The notes under the pieces: generated by a model
The model's input: the letters and a program-made list of their open reading frames with translations, nothing else
What the model was told of the DNA's origin: nothing
The model's database searches: none
Shown: in pieces, positions 21,289-33,470 of the stretch
Position numbering within the stretch: the stretch's first letter is position 1
Layout of the letters: each line of letters begins with the position of its first letter
From: Opitutaceae bacterium
GTDB taxonomy: Bacteria; Verrucomicrobiota; Verrucomicrobiia; Opitutales; Coraliomargaritaceae
Direction of reading: 5' to 3'
Assembly (NCBI GenBank): GCA_051252375.1
Contig: JBPOFY010000005.1
Coordinates: forward strand, 149,406 to 213,405
DNA length: 64,000 bases
Translations under genes and position numbers: made by a program

Positions 21289-23196
21289 ATGAATAAGCAA
21301 TCAATATTCTTCCTCTCAATGCTTCTTACGCCTTTTGCTCTTTGGGCTCAGACGGACGTGGCACCCACTGCTGAAATCGACTTGTCGGATGTCGTTGTTA
21401 TCGATGACAATGTTTCCGCCAAGCCCGAAGCTGTTGTAACTGTAGAACCTACGTCGAACCCCGCACCGACGGTGGTTGAGATTCCTGACACGCCCGTTGA
21501 TGGAGCTAGTATCGATGTAGCGATGCCTGATATTCCCGTCGTGACAGAGGCCATGCCTGGCGAGACAGAAGTCGTGCTTGAGATACCCGGTCAAGAAGAG
21601 GCTGGCGGCACGGCAGTCATGTCAGCCGAAGAGACCATCTCTGTGGATTTCCCAGATGAAGATGTTCGCACCATCCTACGTAACGTAGCCGATCTGTTTG
21701 ACCTCAATTTGGTCATTCCTGAGACGCTTCAAGGTCGCACTTCTCTGAAGTTGAGCAACATTACATGGCGTCAGGTATTTGAAGTGGTCTTGGAGCAACA
21801 GGGCTTCACATACGTTGAAGACCGCAACATCATTCGCATCAAAAGCCTCGAAGAGTTGACTGCTGAGCCGGTCGACACACGCGTTTTCATTGTTAACTAT
21901 GCACGCGCAGAAGAATTACAGGGCTCCGTAGCTCCCTTGGTTGATAACGCAGCTGGCGGTCGCATACAGGTCGATATCCGTAGCAATGCATTGGTGATTA
22001 CTGAGCGTCCATCACGCATGAATAAAATCCAAGAAATTATCGAGCGTCTCGATAAAGCAACGGATCAAGTGATGATTGAATCAAAATTTATCGAGATCAC
22101 GAATACTGACGTGAAGAATATCGGCGTCAACTGGGCTTCATTAAGCGGTTACGGTGTGTCAGCAGGTCCGTTCCAACGTGAATGGAGTCGCAGTCGCACG
22201 AGTGGCTCGAATGGCTCAGGTAGCGACGGTTCTACCGCCAACGCGTCAACGAATACTAGCAGCGGTTCGGTCGATGCGATTCAAGACCCATTGGTCATTT
22301 CTAATACTGAGGACGTAACTTCGACTTTCTCTTCTTTAGCGAATGTGGCATCCTCTGCCGCGACTGGTCGTTTGGATACGGCGTTCTTTTCTGCGGATGA
22401 GTTTGGTGTTATTTTGAGCGCATTAGGCACTCAGGATGACGTGAAGCTCGTCTCCAACCCGACTGTGGTGACACTGAATAACACCAAAGCGAAGATTTCG
22501 ATTGGTGAGCGTTATCCGATTCCAAGCTACACTTTCAACGCCGAGACTGGGCAACGCCAACTCGATGAAATTGAGTATGAAGACATCGGTATCAATCTCG
22601 ACGTCACCCCTCAAGTGAACAGCGCTGGATTTATCAACCTCCAGATCATTCCTGAGGTTTCCAGCACAGATCGTTTCGCGATTGTTGAAAACACTGAAAT
22701 TCCAATTATCGAAAGCCGTCGCACCGAGACAACCATCATGATTAAGGATGGTTTCACACTAGCGATTGGTGGTTTGGTTGAAAATTCGGTCACAAATCGT
22801 GATACGAAAGTGCCATTGCTTGGCGACCTACCTGGTATCGGTCGTCTCTTCAGTAGTAAATCCGACAGCATTGAACAGCGTAATTTGATCATCTTCATCA
22901 CTGCGAAAACACTCAACCCAGATGGTAGCACTTACAAGGATGTGATTGATCCACGTGTGATCGATCGCATGGGCATCGTTCCAAGTGAGCTGCCTGGCTA
23001 TGAATTGAATCAAGAAGAAAAAGATGCTTTGAAGACCCTCGAAAACTACCGTATAGAGGCGAAAAATCAGGAAGAAATGGGTGAGCGCACAGCGCGCATC
23101 GAGGCGCTTGAACTAGAGAAGCGACAAGCGGAAATGGCTCTGGAATATGAGAAGATGCAGGAGTCCGAAGCTTCGAAAAAATCAACTGGTCAATAG
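21289..23196 (+). CDS. Secretin (PilQ/GspD family)
   Basis: STN and N domains; QVMIESKFIE, LVSNPTVVTLNN, KVPLLGDLPGIGRLF, LIIFITAK. Confidence 0.93.
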   Translation: MNKQSIFFLSMLLTPFALWAQTDVAPTAEIDLSDVVVIDDNVSAKPEAVVTVEPTSNPAPTVVEIPDTPVDGASIDVAMPDIPVVTEAMPGETEVVLEIPGQEEAGGTAVMSAEETISVDFPDEDVRTILRNVADLFDLNLVIPETLQGRTSLKLSNITWRQVFEVVLEQQGFTYVEDRNIIRIKSLEELTAEPVDTRVFIVNYARAEELQGSVAPLVDNAAGGRIQVDIRSNALVITERPSRMNKIQEIIERLDKATDQVMIESKFIEITNTDVKNIGVNWASLSGYGVSAGPFQREWSRSRTSGSNGSGSDGSTANASTNTSSGSVDAIQDPLVISNTEDVTSTFSSLANVASSAATGRLDTAFFSADEFGVILSALGTQDDVKLVSNPTVVTLNNTKAKISIGERYPIPSYTFNAETGQRQLDEIEYEDIGINLDVTPQVNSAGFINLQIIPEVSSTDRFAIVENTEIPIIESRRTETTIMIKDGFTLAIGGLVENSVTNRDTKVPLLGDLPGIGRLFSSKSDSIEQRNLIIFITAKTLNPDGSTYKDVIDPRVIDRMGIVPSELPGYELNQEEKDALKTLENYRIEAKNQEEMGERTARIEALELEKRQAEMALEYEKMQESEASKKSTGQ

Positions 23197-23243
23197 TCCA
23201 CTGACTCGCCCAACCCCTATACAAAAGCCAACCAAGGAAAGTT

Positions 23244-26200
23244 ATGAAATTTAATTGGGTCAGAAATATTTTTACTCCCAAACGGTTACTGTTTGGGTTG
23301 CTACCGCTGCTTTGTTTACAAAGCGCGTCGTTCTCGGTCGATTTGGCTGTAGGGCAAAAGTTTGGAGGTTTAGTGGATGGTGCTCCAGGTGATTTGTTTA
23401 CGTGGGGCGCGAATGCCTCCGGACAATTGGGGAATGATACCACAGTAGATGCGAATTCTCCAGTGATTCCGGCAGAGGCAGGTCCTTGGACAGCCATTGC
23501 AACGAGTATCACGACTTCCACGAATTCCGGTTACGAAGGTCACACCCTAGCCGTTAAAGACAATGGCACTTTGTGGGCTTGGGGTGCGAATGCCGACGGT
23601 CAACTCGGTGACGGCACCACAACTGATCGTCTTGTGCCGGTGCAAATTGGTAGTGCCACGAACTGGGTGGATGTTGAAGCCGGCGGTGGTTTTTCCATGG
23701 CTTTGAATGCACTCGGTGAAGTGTATGTTTGGGGTCAAAATAGCCTAGGGCAGCTCGGCGGTGCCAGTAGTTTGCCCAATGTGAAGACTCCAATCCTCTT
23801 GGACTCGAATGTCTATATTGCCATCGCAGCAGGTTATGAGCACGCCTTGGCGATTCGTTCCTATAGTGGTGCTCCCAGCTTCGGCTACGGCAACATTTAT
23901 GGATGGGGGCAGAACTATCATGGTCAGCTTGGTTTAGGGCATGATGATCCAGTGACTGGTATTCAAAAAATGGGCACCGGACTCTGGAAATACGTTGAAG
24001 CTGGCGTTCACAGTTCCTTCGCGATTTCGACAACGAGTTCAGCAGTTCACTCATGGGGTAAAGGCGAATTTGGTAGCCTCGGGTTAGGAATGACCGGACC
24101 AACAGTAATCAATGAATCTGAAAGTCCGTTACCAGTCTTGATGCAAACAGGGTCGAATTCGGCATGGACTGCGGTATCTGCAGGTGCCGCACAAACCTTG
24201 CTTCTTAAATCGAACGGCACTGTTTATGGAGCTGGCTACGGACCTTATGTAGGTCTTGGCGTTGGCAGCTATTCAGAGTTCAAATACATCGCTCTGCCTT
24301 CGCTTGCAGTTGCGGTCGGTGCGGGTAATACCTTTTCGGCTGTGGTCTTGGACGATGGTAAAATGCTGACTTCGGGTAGCAATGATCGTGGTCAGTTAGC
24401 CAATGGCACAACTGGTGGTAGTTCCTCGACTTTCGCCAACTCACTTCTTGGTCAACCCGACTTGGAAGTGACTGACGTGACGATTTCAACGCTCGATCCC
24501 ACTCCAGGTTCTACAATGGAGGGCACCATCTTTTTGGCCAATAATGGCAGTGGTGAAGTTCCAGCTGGCTACGACCTTGAAGCTGTCTTGAGCCCCAGCA
24601 CAGATTTTGATGATGCCGATGCGATACCTCTGGTTTTCACAGGTGTGGGTTCGGCTTTGACCATTACGGACGTTTTAGCACCAGGGGCTTCTGACTCTGT
24701 GGCATTTGAAGTAGATCTAGACCCTATTATCCCCGCGGGCACATACTATATGATTGTCCGAGCCGATTCGGCAGGTGTAATCGAAGAATCCACCACGGAT
24801 AATAATACAAAAGAGTCGAGCTCCACCATTGATTTTACAGCAGACCTGATCATCGATTCGATCACTGTCAGTGCCGATGATCCTGGAACTGGTGCAGTGG
24901 AAACTTTTCCGCTAAGCCCAGGTAGTGCGGTTCAGATCGTGGTCGTCATAGAAAATCAGGGTAAAGGCTCGATTCCTGCCGGAGTCACCGATGCCTTTGA
25001 CTTCCGACTTTTCCTTTCCACGACACAGAATGTGGATGCACTCGGTGCTGTTGATTTAGTCACCGACTTGGAAATCACAGATGGAGTCGCAGGTAATGGT
25101 GGCACAGTGACTCTGACTTATACAGGAGTCGATGCATTGACGCTGCCTATCAACTTATCGATCGGCGACTATTTTGTCGGCGCAGTGGTTGATGTGAACG
25201 AAGACATCGATGAAGGAGACGAATTGAATAACTCTCTGTTCACCGCGACTGCAATTGTTGAGGTGAGTGGTATTGAGCTCGAAGAAGCACTCGATACGGT
25301 GCTCTTTACCGATCCGATTGATTTTGTATTTGTAACCAGTAGCGATCCGATTGGCTTGCAAACATGGTTCGGTCAAGACGTGGAAACCTTTGATTCAGTG
25401 GATGCTGCAAAGAGCCCGCTCTTGTCAGCGGGGCAGACTGCCACATTTGCTCAAGATGGTTTTACTGACATTGCGGTGAAAGTAACATTCCGCTGGAAAG
25501 CGGTCACTTCCAGCCCTGAGAACTACCTTTTCTTCGGTATCAATGGACAGGAGATTGATGCGACCAATAGTCGTATTGCTGGCAATCAAGATTGGACTGA
25601 GGTCACGCACATCGTGCCACCCAATTCGCAATTGACCTGGACATACGTCCAAGGCGTAGCAGGCGAGGGTGATGCCGTTTATATTGATACGATTTCAGTC
25701 GTTGAACTGACTGAGCCCGATTTGATCGTCAACACCGTCTCCGGCGAAGAGGGCACTTATGTGCTTGGTTCGGATGATCTGACGATGAGTATTTTGACTT
25801 ATAATCAAGGTGCCGACACGAGCGTCTCTTCAGGGATTCCTTTTGAAATTGGCGTGTATCTCTCACTCGATGCGGCCTTCAACCCCGGGGCAGATATCTT
25901 GATCGAGTCACTTTCGATCAACCAAGTCTTTCTGGGCGGTGATTCTTCCCTCTACATTCCTAATATCACATTATCCGAAACTATACCTGCGGATAATTAT
26001 TACCTGATCGTTGTCGTGGACAAGGATGACACCGTGGCGGAAGAGCCGGGTGGAGGTGAAGATAACAATGTCTATGTGTCGGAAACTGCTAGTATCGAAA
26101 TCTTGGCACTGCCCGATATCCGCGTATCACAATTGCAACCTACGATTGGTTACTATCAGGTCGGCGAAGAATTGGACTTCAGCTTTGCGATCACCAACGA

Positions 26201-29200
26201 AGGTCTGGGTAATGTAAATGACCCCTTCGATATTCAAGTCGTGCTTTCGAGTGATAGCGTTGCCGATACTGGTGACTACTCCATTACCGAGTTTGAGCGT
26301 AACATCGCGCTACCTGTCGGTGCTGTGCAGTCGATCACTCCTGACTTCTATCAAATTCCAATCGACGTCCCATTAGGGCAACGCCTCTACTTCGGAGTTA
26401 TTGTGGATGCTGGAGACGCGATCGAAGAAGAAAATGAGTCGAACAATAACACGACATATCCCGGCCGTAACTTCATCTTCAGTGAACTGTCAGTCGAGGA
26501 AGGTTTTGAACTGACAGGCATTGCCGACGTAGATCCTTTTGTTGCACCATTTGATGGAGATCTGCCTTGGTATGGTCAGACCGCCATCAATATCGATAAC
26601 GAAGATGCGATTGCCAGTATCGATATCGAAAATGGTGAAACCGCCGCATTCAATATCACGATCAATGCGACCACGGATACTTTCGTCACTTTCCAATGGA
26701 AGGTAAGTTCCGAGAACGAGCCAGATCTAGGGCGTGTCGATTCTCTGAATTTCTATGTCGATGATATGACGAATCCGGTAAAAACAATTGCTGGAGAGAT
26801 TGATTGGAGACGTGTGAGTGTCTTTGTCACCGCCGGAACACACGAACTGCGTTGGGCTTATGAGAAAGATGCACAGGGCAGTGCCGGAGCCGACCGTGGC
26901 TGGCTGGATTTATTCAGCTTCGAGGTGCCAGATCTCACCGTGGATCCGATCAACTTTACAGCTGGAACTTTCGTGCCTGGTTCTACAATTACAGACTTTG
27001 CGTTTGATGTGACGAATACAGGTGTCGCCAATGTCCCTCAAAGTCCTCCGTTCACGATCTCTATCATTGCGTCGCCTGATACCACTTTCGGTAATGCGGG
27101 CGATAATGTGCTCGCTACGATTATCGACAGCGATGGTCTCCTTGCGACTGAATCCAGAGCATACCTCACAGATTTGGTCCTCCCAGCTTCTCTGCCAGAG
27201 GGTGACTATTATATTGGTATTAAAGTCGATGCAGCGGAACTCATTCCTGAGTCCAGCGAGCTGAATAATACGAGTTTCTCGAGTGCCACTGTGCTTTCAA
27301 TTGTTCCACCGATCTCGTTGAACGCAGCGATTGACGATCCCGATGCGGATACGGTTGCCGAGCTTCCGCTCACAATCGGCGGGGAGCAAGGTTGGTTCGC
27401 TTTGGCAGATGCACCACTGGAAGATGGTAGTTTTACGACTTCCGATGGCGTCGATGCTGCTCAGTCCGGACCGATCGCATCGGGCGAAGAGTCTTACTTC
27501 CAGACCATTATTCAAGGTCCGAAGGAATTGAAGTTCCGCTGGAAAATTGATTCCACTCTAAGCTCGAACTTCGTGAAGTTCACGATGAATGATTTGGTCA
27601 TCAATCAAATCTCAGGGAAAGTGGATTGGGACTTTGGTTTCGGTAGCTTCACTTTGACATATAATGGTGAAACCACAGATCAAATCGTATCGGGTGCAAC
27701 GGCTGCCGATATGGAAGCCGCACTGAATGCATTGTCTTCAATCACCAGTGCTGGTGGTGTGACAGTCACTAGCACCGGGCTGCTTGACTATGAAATCACC
27801 TTTGTCGCCACTGGAAATAAGAATCCGATTTTCTTCACGGCGATCAGCCCGTTGAAAGTGGCTTCGTCTTCTGTTGTGACGACCATTAATGGCACCACTG
27901 GAACGAATGAGGTGCAGACCATCGCGATTGTGCCAAACGTGACCTTCCGTCTGAATTATAGCGGGGTGAATACTGCTCCGCTTCCTTACACCGCTTCAGC
28001 TGTAGATGTGCAAATGGCGATCAATGCTCTCAGCAGCATCGTTGCCGAGACCACATCGGTCACGGTTACAGGTTCAGATCTCGACTTTGAAATCACTTTC
28101 GATGACCCCGGTCTTCGTGAGGCAATCACCGTCGACATCTCAGGGCTCGGTCAACCGGGAACGATTGACGATGAGGTCACTACACTCGGTGACGGTGGCA
28201 CCCCACAAGTTCAAGAATTGCGGGTTGGTCCTGAAATCACAGTGTTCATTCCTGCTGGCACGCAAGAGTTGCGTTGGACTTATGCGAAGAACACCACAGG
28301 TGAGGGCACGATTGATGCCGCTTGGGTGGATCAAGTTGAGTTCACTGATGTGACGGTTCCTGATCTGGCTCTGACCGGTGTTAACTATACTCCAGGTGAA
28401 TATATCTTAGATATCATCGGTATCGCTGGTGCGCCGGAACAATTCCTCGGCACCGAGTATCTCGATGTCACTGTTGAAGCAGAAAACCAAGGGGTTGATT
28501 ATGCAGGTCCTGCGTTCTCGACTGCTGACCTTGAAGTGCGTCTCTCAACCGACCGCATCTATGGTAATGGCGACGATATTGTCCTCGGCACAGTCAGCCA
28601 AGTAGAGGGCACATTGGAAGCTGGTGACTTGATGCGATTCCTTGGACCAATTCAATTGGGAGATTCTGTTCCAGAAGACTTCTACTATCTCATGGCTCGC
28701 GTGGATACCAACGAGCAAGTCGAAGAGTATGACGAAGACAACAATACTTGGATCGGCGAAAACCGTGATATTCAAATCACGCGCTTACCTGCGCTACGTA
28801 TCTATAACCCAGATGCAGATGTTCTTGTTGAGGGCACCGATGGTGAGTTCAACTTCCTTGATCCGAGAGAGGGTGTCGATGTCGCCTTTGATGTCGATGA
28901 AGGCATGAATTACTACACTGAGACGCCGATGCGTTTGCGCTTTAGCATTCAGAATATCGGTCTTGATCGTATCGAAGGTAATGAAGTCTGGTCCACCCAA
29001 GTGACCTTGCGTGGCGGTTTGCGTGAAGACATTGATGATGCAATATTGGATCCTTCGGAAATTATAGATGTGATGGACATCACGATCGACCTAGGTGACT
29101 TCACTATTCAAGAACTGATGGAAGGTCGTAGCGAGGCGAAGCCTGATGGTGACATCATTGATATTGATATTGAGTTGGCACTACCGAACGGTGGTAAGTT

Positions 29201-29948
29201 CAATGATGTGATCGCGAATGGTAAGTCTATTGTAGATTACCTTTGGATTATCCAAATTGATTTGGATTCAAATGATGAGGTCGATGAGTCGCAAATCATA
29301 CGCGAAAGCCCAACGTTGGCAGTGCCTTCCGGTCTGCCTTGGTGGATTATCAATCTCGGTGAAGCGTTTTCCGCAGACGTGATGACTACTTACAATACCG
29401 ATGCCAACGAAGGTCTATTTGGCATCCATTCGCAACCAGAGACGTTCACATATGGCGACTGGCAGACACTATACGGTGTCGCCGCGAGCACAGAAAACCT
29501 CTTCGCTTATGCCTTTAACCGTAATCCAAGTGATTCGGATACTGCTGCCAGCCAATTCCCTGGCACCTATGGCATCACTGAGGTCGAAGGTGAAGAATAC
29601 TTGAGTATCGCTTTCGATATTGTGACACGTGCGACGGATCTAGTTTATCTGGTTCAAGCTTCAGGCGATGCTACTTTCCCTGGGACTCCAGATACGCTTC
29701 TTGTGATCAATGCGCCATTCGATGAATTGGTTGGTCCAGCTTCGCTTACAGGTGATGGTGGTTTGATCGAAGGTTATATCGATGGTCCTGGTGGTGACCC
29801 TGAAGTGGATAATGTGCTCAGTGTGATCGACCAAGGTTACTCGGCTCGTGTCACGGTGCAGGATGTTGTAGCAGTCGATAGTGCGCCGATGCGCTTTATT
29901 CGAGTGGTGGTGAATGCCGATGACACCGATCCAGTTCCTGATCCTTAA
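23244..29948 (+). CDS. 2234-aa secreted protein: RCC1 repeats, multiple CARDB domains, repeated beta-sandwich domains and a conserved C-terminal domain
   Basis: Signal peptide; WGxNxxGQLG repeats; PDL...YY..VD....E.NN CARDB repeats; acidic composition. Confidence 0.85.
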   Translation: MKFNWVRNIFTPKRLLFGLLPLLCLQSASFSVDLAVGQKFGGLVDGAPGDLFTWGANASGQLGNDTTVDANSPVIPAEAGPWTAIATSITTSTNSGYEGHTLAVKDNGTLWAWGANADGQLGDGTTTDRLVPVQIGSATNWVDVEAGGGFSMALNALGEVYVWGQNSLGQLGGASSLPNVKTPILLDSNVYIAIAAGYEHALAIRSYSGAPSFGYGNIYGWGQNYHGQLGLGHDDPVTGIQKMGTGLWKYVEAGVHSSFAISTTSSAVHSWGKGEFGSLGLGMTGPTVINESESPLPVLMQTGSNSAWTAVSAGAAQTLLLKSNGTVYGAGYGPYVGLGVGSYSEFKYIALPSLAVAVGAGNTFSAVVLDDGKMLTSGSNDRGQLANGTTGGSSSTFANSLLGQPDLEVTDVTISTLDPTPGSTMEGTIFLANNGSGEVPAGYDLEAVLSPSTDFDDADAIPLVFTGVGSALTITDVLAPGASDSVAFEVDLDPIIPAGTYYMIVRADSAGVIEESTTDNNTKESSSTIDFTADLIIDSITVSADDPGTGAVETFPLSPGSAVQIVVVIENQGKGSIPAGVTDAFDFRLFLSTTQNVDALGAVDLVTDLEITDGVAGNGGTVTLTYTGVDALTLPINLSIGDYFVGAVVDVNEDIDEGDELNNSLFTATAIVEVSGIELEEALDTVLFTDPIDFVFVTSSDPIGLQTWFGQDVETFDSVDAAKSPLLSAGQTATFAQDGFTDIAVKVTFRWKAVTSSPENYLFFGINGQEIDATNSRIAGNQDWTEVTHIVPPNSQLTWTYVQGVAGEGDAVYIDTISVVELTEPDLIVNTVSGEEGTYVLGSDDLTMSILTYNQGADTSVSSGIPFEIGVYLSLDAAFNPGADILIESLSINQVFLGGDSSLYIPNITLSETIPADNYYLIVVVDKDDTVAEEPGGGEDNNVYVSETASIEILALPDIRVSQLQPTIGYYQVGEELDFSFAITNEGLGNVNDPFDIQVVLSSDSVADTGDYSITEFERNIALPVGAVQSITPDFYQIPIDVPLGQRLYFGVIVDAGDAIEEENESNNNTTYPGRNFIFSELSVEEGFELTGIADVDPFVAPFDGDLPWYGQTAINIDNEDAIASIDIENGETAAFNITINATTDTFVTFQWKVSSENEPDLGRVDSLNFYVDDMTNPVKTIAGEIDWRRVSVFVTAGTHELRWAYEKDAQGSAGADRGWLDLFSFEVPDLTVDPINFTAGTFVPGSTITDFAFDVTNTGVANVPQSPPFTISIIASPDTTFGNAGDNVLATIIDSDGLLATESRAYLTDLVLPASLPEGDYYIGIKVDAAELIPESSELNNTSFSSATVLSIVPPISLNAAIDDPDADTVAELPLTIGGEQGWFALADAPLEDGSFTTSDGVDAAQSGPIASGEESYFQTIIQGPKELKFRWKIDSTLSSNFVKFTMNDLVINQISGKVDWDFGFGSFTLTYNGETTDQIVSGATAADMEAALNALSSITSAGGVTVTSTGLLDYEITFVATGNKNPIFFTAISPLKVASSSVVTTINGTTGTNEVQTIAIVPNVTFRLNYSGVNTAPLPYTASAVDVQMAINALSSIVAETTSVTVTGSDLDFEITFDDPGLREAITVDISGLGQPGTIDDEVTTLGDGGTPQVQELRVGPEITVFIPAGTQELRWTYAKNTTGEGTIDAAWVDQVEFTDVTVPDLALTGVNYTPGEYILDIIGIAGAPEQFLGTEYLDVTVEAENQGVDYAGPAFSTADLEVRLSTDRIYGNGDDIVLGTVSQVEGTLEAGDLMRFLGPIQLGDSVPEDFYYLMARVDTNEQVEEYDEDNNTWIGENRDIQITRLPALRIYNPDADVLVEGTDGEFNFLDPREGVDVAFDVDEGMNYYTETPMRLRFSIQNIGLDRIEGNEVWSTQVTLRGGLREDIDDAILDPSEIIDVMDITIDLGDFTIQELMEGRSEAKPDGDIIDIDIELALPNGGKFNDVIANGKSIVDYLWIIQIDLDSNDEVDESQIIRESPTLAVPSGLPWWIINLGEAFSADVMTTYNTDANEGLFGIHSQPETFTYGDWQTLYGVAASTENLFAYAFNRNPSDSDTAASQFPGTYGITEVEGEEYLSIAFDIVTRATDLVYLVQASGDATFPGTPDTLLVINAPFDELVGPASLTGDGGLIEGYIDGPGGDPEVDNVLSVIDQGYSARVTVQDVVAVDSAPMRFIRVVVNADDTDPVPDP

Positions 29949-29962
29949 TTCAATCGTTTTTC

Positions 29963-29998
29963 AAAGGCGCGGTTCCGAAAGGACCGCGCCTTTTTTTT
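29963..29998 (+). terminator. Intrinsic terminator (possibly bidirectional)
   Basis: AAAGGCGCGGTTCC-GAAA-GGACCGCGCCTTTTTTTT. Confidence 0.9.
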
Positions 29999-30014
29999 GC
30001 GCTGCGATTTCAGC

Positions 30015-31085
30015 TTAGCGATAAAAGCCGCCGCCGAGGAGGGTCTCGCCGTCGTAGAGCGCGAGGACTTGTCCAGCCGCGAGGGCGCGCTGTGGTTCGT
30101 CGAAGACGACTTTTGCGCTGTCCGGTCCTGTGGGCGTATAGGTGATCTTTTGTGAAGGGTCGCGGTAGCGCGGGCGGGCTTCGATGCGGCATGGCTCAGT
30201 CAACTCACGGTTGACGAAGCTCTGCCCATAGACTTCGACTTCGTTGGTGAAGAGACCGGGCGCATCTGAATGGTCGAAGGCAACGATGAGCTCGTTGCGC
30301 TCTTTGTTGAAGCCAGTGACGACGTAGTATTCGTTGTCGGTATTGGAGGGCACGCCTATGCCACGGCGCTGCCCCATCGTGTAGCGGTGTAGGCCGCGGT
30401 GCCGCCCGAGCCATTTGCCCTCGGTGTTCACGATGTCGCCTGGCTGATCTTCGATATAGTGTTCGAGGAAGTTGTTGATATTCATGTCGCCGAGAAAGCA
30501 AATGCCTTGGCTGTCCCTCTTGGTCGCATTGGGCAGTGCGTGTTGCTCGGCGAGGGCGCGCACTTCGGGCTTTCTTAGCTCGCCGACAGGGAAGAGGGCG
30601 TTGCGGATTTGCTCCTGCCGCAAAAGCGCGAGGAAATAGGTTTGGTCTTTGTTGTCATCCAGCCCTGTCAATAGGTCTTGGCTGTCATCCGCATTGGTGC
30701 GTTTCCGGACGTAATGACCCGTCGCTATGGCATCAAAACCGTTTTTCAGCGCATAGTCTTGGAAGATGCCGAACTTCATCTCCCGGTTACACATGATGTC
30801 GGGGTTCGGGGTGATGCCGTTTTTGTAGCCATCGACGAGGTAGTGCACCACGTGCTCGCGGTATTCATTCACTAGGTTGACGATTTCGTAATCGATGCCG
30901 AGGTGTGCAGCCACCGCTCGGGAGTCTTCGATGTCTTGCTGCGCTGGGCAGTCCGCGAGGGGCATCTCCTCGTTCATCCATGTGCGGATGTAGGCTGCGG
31001 ACACGTCATAGCCCTGGTCCTTCAATCGAAGGGCCGCGACGGCGCTATCCACGCCTCCGGAAAGGGCTACGAGTATCTTTTGCAT
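30015..31085 (-). CDS. mnmA: tRNA 2-thiouridylase (start placed at MQKILVAL)
   Basis: [33 protein letters not shown]. Confidence 0.95.
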   Translation of the reverse strand: MQKILVALSGGVDSAVAALRLKDQGYDVSAAYIRTWMNEEMPLADCPAQQDIEDSRAVAAHLGIDYEIVNLVNEYREHVVHYLVDGYKNGITPNPDIMCNREMKFGIFQDYALKNGFDAIATGHYVRKRTNADDSQDLLTGLDDNKDQTYFLALLRQEQIRNALFPVGELRKPEVRALAEQHALPNATKRDSQGICFLGDMNINNFLEHYIEDQPGDIVNTEGKWLGRHRGLHRYTMGQRRGIGVPSNTDNEYYVVTGFNKERNELIVAFDHSDAPGLFTNEVEVYGQSFVNRELTEPCRIEARPRYRDPSQKITYTPTGPDSAKVVFDEPQRALAAGQVLALYDGETLLGGGFYR

Positions 31086-31419
31086 GGGGATGACCAAAGT
31101 CGGGACGCGAGCATTCGTCAATACGAGGCTTCACTAGGATTCAGAATTCAGAGGACTGTTATTAAGAGTAGATTGGTGTGTATTAGTTCAAACTTCCCGA
31201 CAAAAAGTTCATCTTCGCTTAGTGGGAAACGCCTGAACATAATCGAGGCTTAGGGGACGCAGTATAAATTCTGGAGGGAAACGCTCCGTCGTTTCCGAAC
31301 GTATGACTTGCGGTTTGGTAATTTTAAGCGCCCCTTACGAACGGCAATGACGGAGCATTGCCCTCCAAGTATCTTCTGGATCGATGCATGCTTTGTCTGT
31401 AAATCGGCTACTCCCCGAC

Positions 31420-31452
31420 AAAAAAGCGCGGTCCCCGACGGAACCACGCTTT
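31420..31452 (-). terminator. Probable intrinsic terminator
   Basis: Hairpin AAAGCGCGGTCCC...GGAACCACGCTTT with A run; follows the gene ending at 31475. Confidence 0.65.
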
Positions 31453-31474
31453 GTCAGTTAAAATGTGTTGTCGT

Positions 31475-32257
31475 TTATTTGCCGAAGAGCCCTTTGATGC
31501 CTTCGCTTGCTTTGTTGACTGCGTCTCCGGCAGCGTCACCGACTTTTTCGATGCCACCTTCTTGTGCGGCTTTGAGCGCTGCGGCTCCACCGTCTTTCAA
31601 TAGGTCGCCTGCACCAGCGATGGCGGGACCGATCGACTTGACGACTTCGGTGAGCACGAGGTCGAGGACTTGACCGATGCTTTGGCTGTTGTTGTCTTCG
31701 CCGATGTTATTCAACTCGATACGCGGGAGTGGCACGGTTTGCCCCATGCCGAGTACGCCGACGTAGATGGTGCCGTCTTCAATGATGAGCTGCTTGATCA
31801 CTAGTTGCTTTTGGGCACCTGTGTCGGGCTCGTTTTCTTTGGGAGCGGAAGGGCCAGTGAACTTTTCGATGTTGGCTAAGAGATCCTTGATATTGGAAGA
31901 ATTGAGTGTCTTCTCGTAGCTGATCTCTGGTTGCTTGATGTAGATGCGGTTGATCACGATCTTGTCGCTCATGATGGTGCTGGTATCGATATCGATATCG
32001 ATTTCACCGAGGGCAAAGATGTTTTCGCTCTTGTAGCCTGCTGGATTGCCGACGTTCAGACCTTTGAGTGTGCCACTTCCAGAGAGGACGGAGATGCTGA
32101 CCTTGTCGAGCGTGACGGGAGTTAGTGTGACATCTGGGCCGTAGGTTTCGACGCCATGCTTAATGCCCTTATTGATGCCGGAAGAGAGCAAGTAATATAC
32201 GGCGGCAGCTGCCACGACTGCGAGGAGAACTAGAATGAGGAATATCTTTTTTATCAT
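31475..32257 (-). CDS. Membrane-anchored AsmA/DUF748-like protein
   Basis: N-terminal TM then beta-rich region with NPAGY motif. Confidence 0.6.
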   Translation of the reverse strand: MIKKIFLILVLLAVVAAAAVYYLLSSGINKGIKHGVETYGPDVTLTPVTLDKVSISVLSGSGTLKGLNVGNPAGYKSENIFALGEIDIDIDTSTIMSDKIVINRIYIKQPEISYEKTLNSSNIKDLLANIEKFTGPSAPKENEPDTGAQKQLVIKQLIIEDGTIYVGVLGMGQTVPLPRIELNNIGEDNNSQSIGQVLDLVLTEVVKSIGPAIAGAGDLLKDGGAAALKAAQEGGIEKVGDAAGDAVNKASEGIKGLFGK

Positions 32258-32302
32258 ATACGCGGTTGGTTAATTGATTGAACGTGGGGTAATGCTTAGG
32301 GC

Positions 32303-33268
32303 ATGATGCGTGTTATGGCGAGTTTGAAAGTAAACGATACTGAACTGGATGAGGCTCTGGAAGGGTTTGAGACTCCGGAGGGTTTGGTCGCGGTTGCCTT
32401 GCACGATGGTTTTGCGGAGTCGAGTGAAGTGGGCCTCGCTATATTGGCGATGGGGGAGGCGTATTGGACCTTGGTGCACGAGGGGGCTTATGTGATTTGT
32501 GTGGATCAACAACGCGAGGAGCCGATTCGTGCGGAATTGGTCGCCTATGAACTCGTCAGAAAAAAGCGGCTTCGTCCGCTTCCGATGCGCACACATGAGT
32601 TTCGCTTTAGTGGCTGGAGCTTTGTGGCTTACTGTGTGCTGCTGATCGCAGTGTTTAGTATGCAGGGGGCATATGACTTGGCCTCATTTGGACGTGTCGA
32701 TGCCGTATCGATGATCGATCAAGGGCAATGGTGGCGTGCGGTGACTGCTTTAACTTTGCATGCCGATATCGTGCATTTGGTTTCAAATTTGGTGGCTGGT
32801 ATGGGCTTTGCTTTTTTTGTCGCGCGTTTTTTTGGTGCCTTTGCGGGCTGGGGTTTGATTCTCCTGAGTGGGTGTCTCGGTAACCTGCTGAATGCTTGGG
32901 TGTATTACCCTGATCCGCATTTTTCGATTGGTGCATCGACCGCAGTTTTTGGGGCTTTGGGTTTGTTGACTGGAATCGGTGTGTGGGTGGCTTTGGCAGA
33001 ACCGGATCAACGGTGGACACTGCCGCGTTGGTTGGTGCCGGTCTTTGGTGGTTTCACTTTGCTGGGTTTGATCGGTGTGGGCGATGGACTCGATGGCTTG
33101 GTCGATGTCGCGGCGCACATTAGTGGTTTTCTTTGTGGTCTGGTGCTCGGGCTGGTCGGGGCGATCTTTCAGCGTTTGTTTGTTCGATTTGAAGGTCCGC
33201 TGCACTACGTGGCAGGCTTAGCGAGTTTGGCTTTTGTAGGTCTGGCTTGGTGGCTGGCGCTTCTTTAA
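32303..33268 (+). CDS. Rhomboid family intramembrane serine protease
   Basis: WWR..TALTLH...HLVSN, GASTA, HISG. Confidence 0.9.
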   Translation: MMRVMASLKVNDTELDEALEGFETPEGLVAVALHDGFAESSEVGLAILAMGEAYWTLVHEGAYVICVDQQREEPIRAELVAYELVRKKRLRPLPMRTHEFRFSGWSFVAYCVLLIAVFSMQGAYDLASFGRVDAVSMIDQGQWWRAVTALTLHADIVHLVSNLVAGMGFAFFVARFFGAFAGWGLILLSGCLGNLLNAWVYYPDPHFSIGASTAVFGALGLLTGIGVWVALAEPDQRWTLPRWLVPVFGGFTLLGLIGVGDGLDGLVDVAAHISGFLCGLVLGLVGAIFQRLFVRFEGPLHYVAGLASLAFVGLAWWLALL

Positions 33269-33275
33269 GGAGAAA

Positions 33276-33389
33276 AAGGTAGCGGCGGTCGTCCCGACCG
33301 CCACACGTGTGAGCCGTGCATTATGATTGGGAGAGTGTAACAATGGTCGAAGGCACTACGATGGCGGTCGGGACGACCGCCGCTACCTT
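33276..33389. repeat. GTAG-type REP pair (perfect 28-bp inverted repeat)
   Basis: AAGGTAGCGGCGGTCGTCCCGACCGCCA at 33276-33303 and its exact reverse complement at 33362-33389. Confidence 0.9.
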
Positions 33390-33470
33390 AAAGGAGGATG
33401 AATGACTATTGAGCGTGTCCGGACACTTTACTTGCTTTACCTTCGAGGGGCTGCTCGTTAGCTGTTTTGT

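Noticed and set aside
31122..31420. 300-bp intergenic region as a possible ncRNA
   Set aside because: No recognisable family or convincing structure by eye; needs an Rfam search.
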